10,556 nt of DNA. Origin: Candidatus Fermentibacteraceae bacterium (GTDB taxonomy: Bacteria; Fermentibacterota; Fermentibacteria; Fermentibacterales; JCC-6). How positions within the stretch are numbered: position 1 is the stretch's first letter; the number at the start of each line of letters is the position of its first letter. Below, piece after piece: positions 7,197 through 10,556 of this stretch. The stretch is from positions 24,834 through 35,389 of the forward strand of contig JAWLEP010000030.1 of NCBI GenBank assembly GCA_041686025.1. The letters are read 5' to 3'. Below the pieces are notes generated by a model. The model made no database searches and had not been told where the DNA came from. It worked only from the letters and a program-made list of their open reading frames with translations. Both the position numbers and the translations under genes were made by a program.

Positions 7197-8530
7197 TCGG
7201 AGCCTTCCACCCTCCAGACCACGACCGACTCCTCCCCGCAGATCACGGGAGAGGGGCTCTCGAAGCGGGCCAGGAACACCAGGTGGCGGCCTGCGGACTC
7301 TACAAGACCCGAGTACTGCCGGGGAAAGGCTACCAGGTAGTCGGCCCGTCCGGCGATCCAGTCCCAGTCGCGTCCCTCCCGAAGGGCCCGGGGGGTCACC
7401 AGGCCGTCCAGGTCCAGCACCCGGAGGCCGGAGATCCATCCCATGGCCCCCACGTCCGCGGCCGCCACGGTGGAGCCCCGGGGGGCCCGGCTGCGGAGCA
7501 GCTGCGCCGGATGGACATCTATGGCCTCCACGTCGGCGGCGGCCCGGACCCGGCGGGAGGCGAACAGCAGCATGCCGGGGACCAGCGAGAGGGCCAGAAG
7601 GGCCGCCGGCCACCTCCTTCCGGCCAGCATCCGCCCGGCCGCCAGGGCGAAGGCCGCAAGCCAGGGCAGGTGGTAGCGGAGCTGGAAGAAGGCGTTGGGC
7701 TGCAGAAGCAGGGCGGGAATCAGGGTCAGGGCCGGAACCAGGCCCAGGGGGTCGCGCCTGCGCAGCAGCCTGAAAGCGGCCCACGCTCCGGCGGGGACCA
7801 GCAGGGGGGCCCCCAGAGCGAGATTGCGGGCCAGTCCGCGCAGGCCGGGAAGCAGGCCGTAGGCGGCGGCTCCCGCCTGCTTGGCGTAGAAGGTGGAGGG
7901 CAGGGGCAGTCCCGTGGCGTGGAGGTTCCATGCCGTCCACAGCCCTCCCAGAACCAGCGAAGGCCACAGCAGGGCCGCCAGCTGCCTGCCGCCCGGCCTT
8001 CCCGCCCCCAGGGCCAGGGGAACGGCCAGCAGAGCCAGCTCGGGCCTTACAAGGATTGCTCCCGCCAGAAGCAGCCCCCCCCGAAGGTCGGGCTCACCGC
8101 CGGACTCCAGCCTTCTCCATACCAGCACCACCGCCAGGCAGGCCAGAGCGGTCTCCATGCCGCTTGCGCCGTGGAACAGCAGGGGGCCCAGCAGCAGCAG
8201 GAAGAGGGAGGCGGGGCCTGCGCCGGACAGCAGTACGGCGGCGCATCCCGCAACGGCGGACAGGGCCATGAGGACCGCCGGCGCCCACTCGGTGCCGGCG
8301 AGCGCCGCGGCAGCGGAGGCAGCGAGCCAGAGGGGGCTGGTGAAGCCCGAGGAGGGGGTGCCGGGGTTGAACTGCAGGGGCTGCCCGCGGAGAATGCTGC
8401 GGCCGTACACCAGATGGATGTAGGTGTCGTCCATGGGGGGTACGGGGCCGCTTCTGGTCGCAACCAGCGCGCTGACAAGCAGAAAGGCTATGCCCGCCAT
8501 TGCGGCCGCTCTGGGAATTCCGTATCTCAT
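7193..8530 (-). CDS. Polytopic membrane protein, GT-C-like putative glycosyltransferase (AftB/PMT_2-like) (445 aa)
   Basis: One N-terminal TM helix is followed by MDDTYIHLVYGRSILRGQPLQFNPGTPSSGFTSPLW (DD at 8431-8426), the DDxYI..Y..N/S...G.....FNPG....G.TSPLW signature of this family. Also SGMETAL, LVRPE, LPSTFYAK, RY.LP and C-terminal DVGAMGWISG..VLDLDGLVTP, with many hydrophobic segments. ATG8530 is preferred over 8593 because a -10 box lies just upstream. Substrate unknown. Confidence 0.75.
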   Translation of the reverse strand: MRYGIPRAAAMAGIAFLLVSALVATRSGPVPPMDDTYIHLVYGRSILRGQPLQFNPGTPSSGFTSPLWLAASAAAALAGTEWAPAVLMALSAVAGCAAVLLSGAGPASLFLLLLGPLLFHGASGMETALACLAVVLVWRRLESGGEPDLRGGLLLAGAILVRPELALLAVPLALGAGRPGGRQLAALLWPSLVLGGLWTAWNLHATGLPLPSTFYAKQAGAAAYGLLPGLRGLARNLALGAPLLVPAGAWAAFRLLRRRDPLGLVPALTLIPALLLQPNAFFQLRYHLPWLAAFALAAGRMLAGRRWPAALLALSLVPGMLLFASRRVRAAADVEAIDVHPAQLLRSRAPRGSTVAAADVGAMGWISGLRVLDLDGLVTPRALREGRDWDWIAGRADYLVAFPRQYSGLVESAGRHLVFLARFESPSPVICGEESVVVWRVEGSD

Positions 8531-8533
8531 GGC

Positions 8534-8562
8534 TTGAGAATACCCCCGCGGACGATTATCGT
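8534..8562 (+). promoter_or_regulatory. Putative sigma70-type promoter for kbl
   Basis: TTGAGA (8534-8539) - 17 nt - TATCGT (8557-8562), in the divergent intergenic region. Confidence 0.5.
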
Positions 8563-8565
8563 CAG
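8537..8565 (-). promoter_or_regulatory. Putative sigma70-type promoter for the GT-C gene, probably leaderless
   Basis: Minus strand reads CTGACG (8565-8560) - 17 nt - TATTCT (8542-8537) - 6 nt (CAAGCC) - ATG (8530); no canonical SD. Confidence 0.5.
8551..8563. promoter_or_regulatory. Perfect palindrome GACGAT-T-ATCGTC, candidate operator
   Basis: 6-bp inverted arms with a 1-nt spacer, overlapping the + strand -10 and the - strand -35. Confidence 0.35.
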
Positions 8566-8595
8566 GTAGACGAACACTGCAGCATACATACAAAA

Positions 8596-8629
8596 CCGTC
8601 CCGCCTCCGTCTGCGGCGGCAGGGGACGG
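8596..8629. other. GC-rich hairpin in the kbl leader; terminator-like on the minus strand
   Basis: CCGTCCC (8596-8602) pairs with GGGACGG (8623-8629), with inner pairs GCC/GGC and CCG/CGG around a TCTG loop. On the minus strand it is followed by TTTTGTATGT. Confidence 0.45.
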
Positions 8630-8697
8630 CGGCTGCCGGACATCGGGCTTTTCATCGGAGCGGCGAATGCCGCGGTCACTATCACGGAAGGACGCAT

Positions 8698-9939
8698 ATG
8701 TCGGTAAAGCTGCTGGAGGACCTCCGGGACAAGATGGAGGAGATGAAGGAGCAGGGGCTGTACAAGAACGAGCGGATCATCGAGTCGCCCCAGGGCGCCG
8801 AGATCACGGTAGGGGGCCGGAAGGTCCTGAACTTCTGCGCCAACAACTACCTGGGCCTCTCCAGCCATCCCAGGGTCCTGGAAGCCTCCAAGGAAATGAT
8901 AGACAAGAGGGGCTACGGCCTGTCCAGCGTGCGGTTCATATGCGGCACGCAGGACATACACCGGGAGCTGGAGAAGAGGGTGGCCAACTTCCTGGGCACC
9001 GACGACACCATACTCTACGCCGCCTGCTTCGACGCCAACGGAGGCGTCTTTGACCCCTTCCTGGGCCGGGAGTCGGCCATCATCGCCGACCAGCTCAACC
9101 ACGCCTCCATCATAGACGGCGTACGCCTCTGCAAGGCCAAGCGCTTCATTTACTCCCACAACGAGATGGGCAAGGGCGAGCACGAGTTCGACGGGAAGGT
9201 CCTGCCCGGCCTGGAGGAGATCCTGGCCTCCGACGACGTGCAGAACAGCAAGTACCGCATCATCTGCACCGACGGCGTGTTCAGCATGAACGGCGACATG
9301 GCTCCCATAGACCGCATCGTGGAGCTGGCCAGGAAGTACGACGCCCTGGTGATGGTGGACGACTGCCACGCTACGGGATTCGTGGGCAAGACCGGCCGCG
9401 GGACCCCCGAGTACTTCGGCGTCCACGGCGAGGTTGACCTGCTCACCACCACCTTCGGCAAGGCCCTGGGCGGGGCCAGCGGCGGCTGCACCACCGGACG
9501 CCAGGAGCTGATCGACTACCTCAGGCAGGCCTCCCGCCCCTACCTGTTCTCCAACACCCTGGCCCCGGCGGTGGTGGGCGGCACCCTGGCGGTGCTGGAT
9601 CTCCTCGAGGAGACCACCGAGCTGCGCGACAAGCTGGAGGAGAACCAGAAGTACTTCCGGTCGGAGATGAAGGCCGCCGGCTTCAAGCTGCTGCCCGGCG
9701 ATCACGCCATAGTGCCGATAATGTTCGGCGACTACCCCAACGACGCAGCCCTGGCCCAGCAGTTCGCCGACGACCTGCTGGACGAGGGGATCTACGTCAT
9801 CGGCTTCTTCTATCCCGTGGTGGCCAAGGGCCAGTCCCGCATAAGGGTCCAGCTCAGCGCCGCCCACGACCGCGAGCACGTGGACAAGGCCATACAGGCC
9901 TTCGTGAAGGTGGGAAAGAAGCACGGAATACTGGAGTAG
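8698..9939 (+). CDS. kbl: Glycine C-acetyltransferase (2-amino-3-ketobutyrate CoA ligase), PLP-dependent (413 aa)
   Basis: SD GGAAGG at 8686-8691 precedes ATG8698. Kbl motifs: GLYKNERII.SPQGAEI, VLNFCANNYLGL, SSVRFICGTQDIH, CFDANGG, LNHASIIDGVRLCKAKR, TDGVFSM.G, VMVDDCHATGF, TFGKALGGASGG (PLP Lys at 9460-9462), RPYLFSN, FFYPVV.KG..RIRVQLSAAH. Confidence 0.96.
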   Translation: MSVKLLEDLRDKMEEMKEQGLYKNERIIESPQGAEITVGGRKVLNFCANNYLGLSSHPRVLEASKEMIDKRGYGLSSVRFICGTQDIHRELEKRVANFLGTDDTILYAACFDANGGVFDPFLGRESAIIADQLNHASIIDGVRLCKAKRFIYSHNEMGKGEHEFDGKVLPGLEEILASDDVQNSKYRIICTDGVFSMNGDMAPIDRIVELARKYDALVMVDDCHATGFVGKTGRGTPEYFGVHGEVDLLTTTFGKALGGASGGCTTGRQELIDYLRQASRPYLFSNTLAPAVVGGTLAVLDLLEETTELRDKLEENQKYFRSEMKAAGFKLLPGDHAIVPIMFGDYPNDAALAQQFADDLLDEGIYVIGFFYPVVAKGQSRIRVQLSAAHDREHVDKAIQAFVKVGKKHGILE

Positions 9940-9946
9940 AGACGGT

Positions 9947-9974
9947 GCCGGGGGCGGCGCCGGCCGCCCCCGGC
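9947..9974 (+). terminator. Perfect 12-bp GC stem-loop after the kbl stop (possible terminator or 3' stabiliser; no U-tract)
   Basis: GCCGGGGGCGGC (9947-9958), loop GCCG, GCCGCCCCCGGC (9963-9974); extendable by CGGT 9943-9946 / ACCG 9980-9983. Confidence 0.5.
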
Positions 9975-10019
9975 CGAGCACCGGGCCGCCGAAGTACGCC
10001 GAATAGGGAGGAAGGGTAG

Positions 10020-10556
10020 ATGAGACTGGCTATTGCAGCGGCGATCACGGTCGCAGCCCTGATATGCGCCGAGGTCCTGGTGGAGGACGACTTCGACGAC
10101 GGAACCGCCGACGGCTGGCTGGAGATGCCCACGGGGGCCACCTACGAGGTGGTGGACGGGCGGTACCACTTCTACCAGGCCTCCACCGACACCGTCTACG
10201 CGGGATCGGTAACCGGCGACCTCTACGGTTCCATGAGCGTTGCCGACTACTCCATCCTGGCCGAGGTGGAGATATCCGCCGGACTGATGGGCGGGGTGGT
10301 GTCCAGGTTCGACATGTTCACCGCCAGCGGCTATATGCTCAGCCTTATGACCGAAGGCGGGGGAGTGGTCGCCATCAACCGTGTCGACCAGGGGGGGGCC
10401 ATCGCCATTGCCTATACACTGACTGAGATCGCCTACGGCCAGAGGTACTGGGTCCGTTTCGAGGCGGCGGACAGCCTGCTGGGGGCCAAGGTCTGGACCG
10501 GAGAGGTTTCCGATGAGCCCCAGGCCTGGAACCTGACCGTGGTGGACGAAACCTAC
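10020..10556 (+). CDS. Secreted protein with a ConA-like/DUF1080-like beta-sandwich domain, 3'-truncated (179 aa visible)
   Basis: Not in the ORF track because it has no stop in the window. Purine-rich SD GGGAGGAAGGG (10006-10016) precedes ATG10020. Translation: MRLAIAAAITVAALICA-EVLVEDDFDDGTADGWLEMPTGATYEVVDGRYHFYQ...DYSILAEVEI...GGVVSRFD...GYMLSL...GQRYWVRFEAADSLLGAKVWTGEVSDEPQAWNLTVVDETY. Short Sec-type signal peptide; DDFDDG...GW, DY.(I/V)...V, G.V.R, GY and WY/YW-RFE...KVW...EP..W...D patterns. Confidence 0.8.
   Translation, partial: MRLAIAAAITVAALICAEVLVEDDFDDGTADGWLEMPTGATYEVVDGRYHFYQASTDTVYAGSVTGDLYGSMSVADYSILAEVEISAGLMGGVVSRFDMFTASGYMLSLMTEGGGVVAINRVDQGGAIAIAYTLTEIAYGQRYWVRFEAADSLLGAKVWTGEVSDEPQAWNLTVVDETY

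Noticed and set aside
4884..8569. 1027-aa minus ORF (4884..7967) and 652-aa plus ORF (6611..8569)
   Set aside because: They overlap the well-supported SLT and GT-C genes and give low-complexity translations without domain motifs.
8500..8697. N-terminal extensions for kbl (from 8500) and GT-C (from 8593)
   Set aside because: Kbl homology and the SD start at ATG8698; the extensions cross the divergent promoter region and overlap each other.
8569..8697. Glycine riboswitch or tRNA upstream of kbl
   Set aside because: No glycine aptamer consensus and no cloverleaf with a T-loop GTTC motif could be found.
8698..9939. Alternative call as BioF or serine palmitoyltransferase
   Set aside because: FCANNYLGL, SVRFICGTQ, CFDANGG and RPYLFSN are Kbl-type motifs.
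9810..10426. Small ORFs 9810..10169 -, 9854..10141 -, 10064..10426 +
   Set aside because: Shadows of kbl and of the real 10020..>10556 gene, which has the SD, signal peptide and codon bias.
1..10556. CRISPR array, IS/transposase, integrase, prophage or anti-phage defence genes
   Set aside because: No regularly spaced repeats, terminal inverted repeats, or nuclease, NTPase (Walker A), RT or recombinase motifs were seen; the SLT has a cellular Slt70-like lipoprotein architecture, not a phage one.

Overview
High-GC bacterial chromosomal window with six real protein-coding genes. I see no rRNA, tRNA, CRISPR array or mobile element. Left half (+ strand) is a tightly packed three-gene cluster: a 5'-truncated, >1100 aa all-helical TPR-like solenoid (<3..3320); an acidic coiled-coil protein with about 4 C-terminal TPRs (3383..4954); and a predicted lipoprotein with TPRs fused to a family 1 (Slt70-like, GH23) lytic transglycosylase domain (4956..7196). 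Converging on it is a GT-C-like polytopic membrane protein, a putative glycosyltransferase (8530..7193, -). Divergent from that gene is kbl, glycine C-acetyltransferase (8698..9939), followed by a secreted beta-sandwich protein missing from the ORF track (10020..>10556). The best candidate for an undescribed system is the TPR / coiled-coil-TPR / lipo-TPR-SLT cluster, a possible envelope-remodelling or scaffolding module. A compact interlocked bidirectional promoter with a palindrome and a probable leaderless start sits at 8530-8565. All functional calls come from motif recognition by eye; no searches were run.
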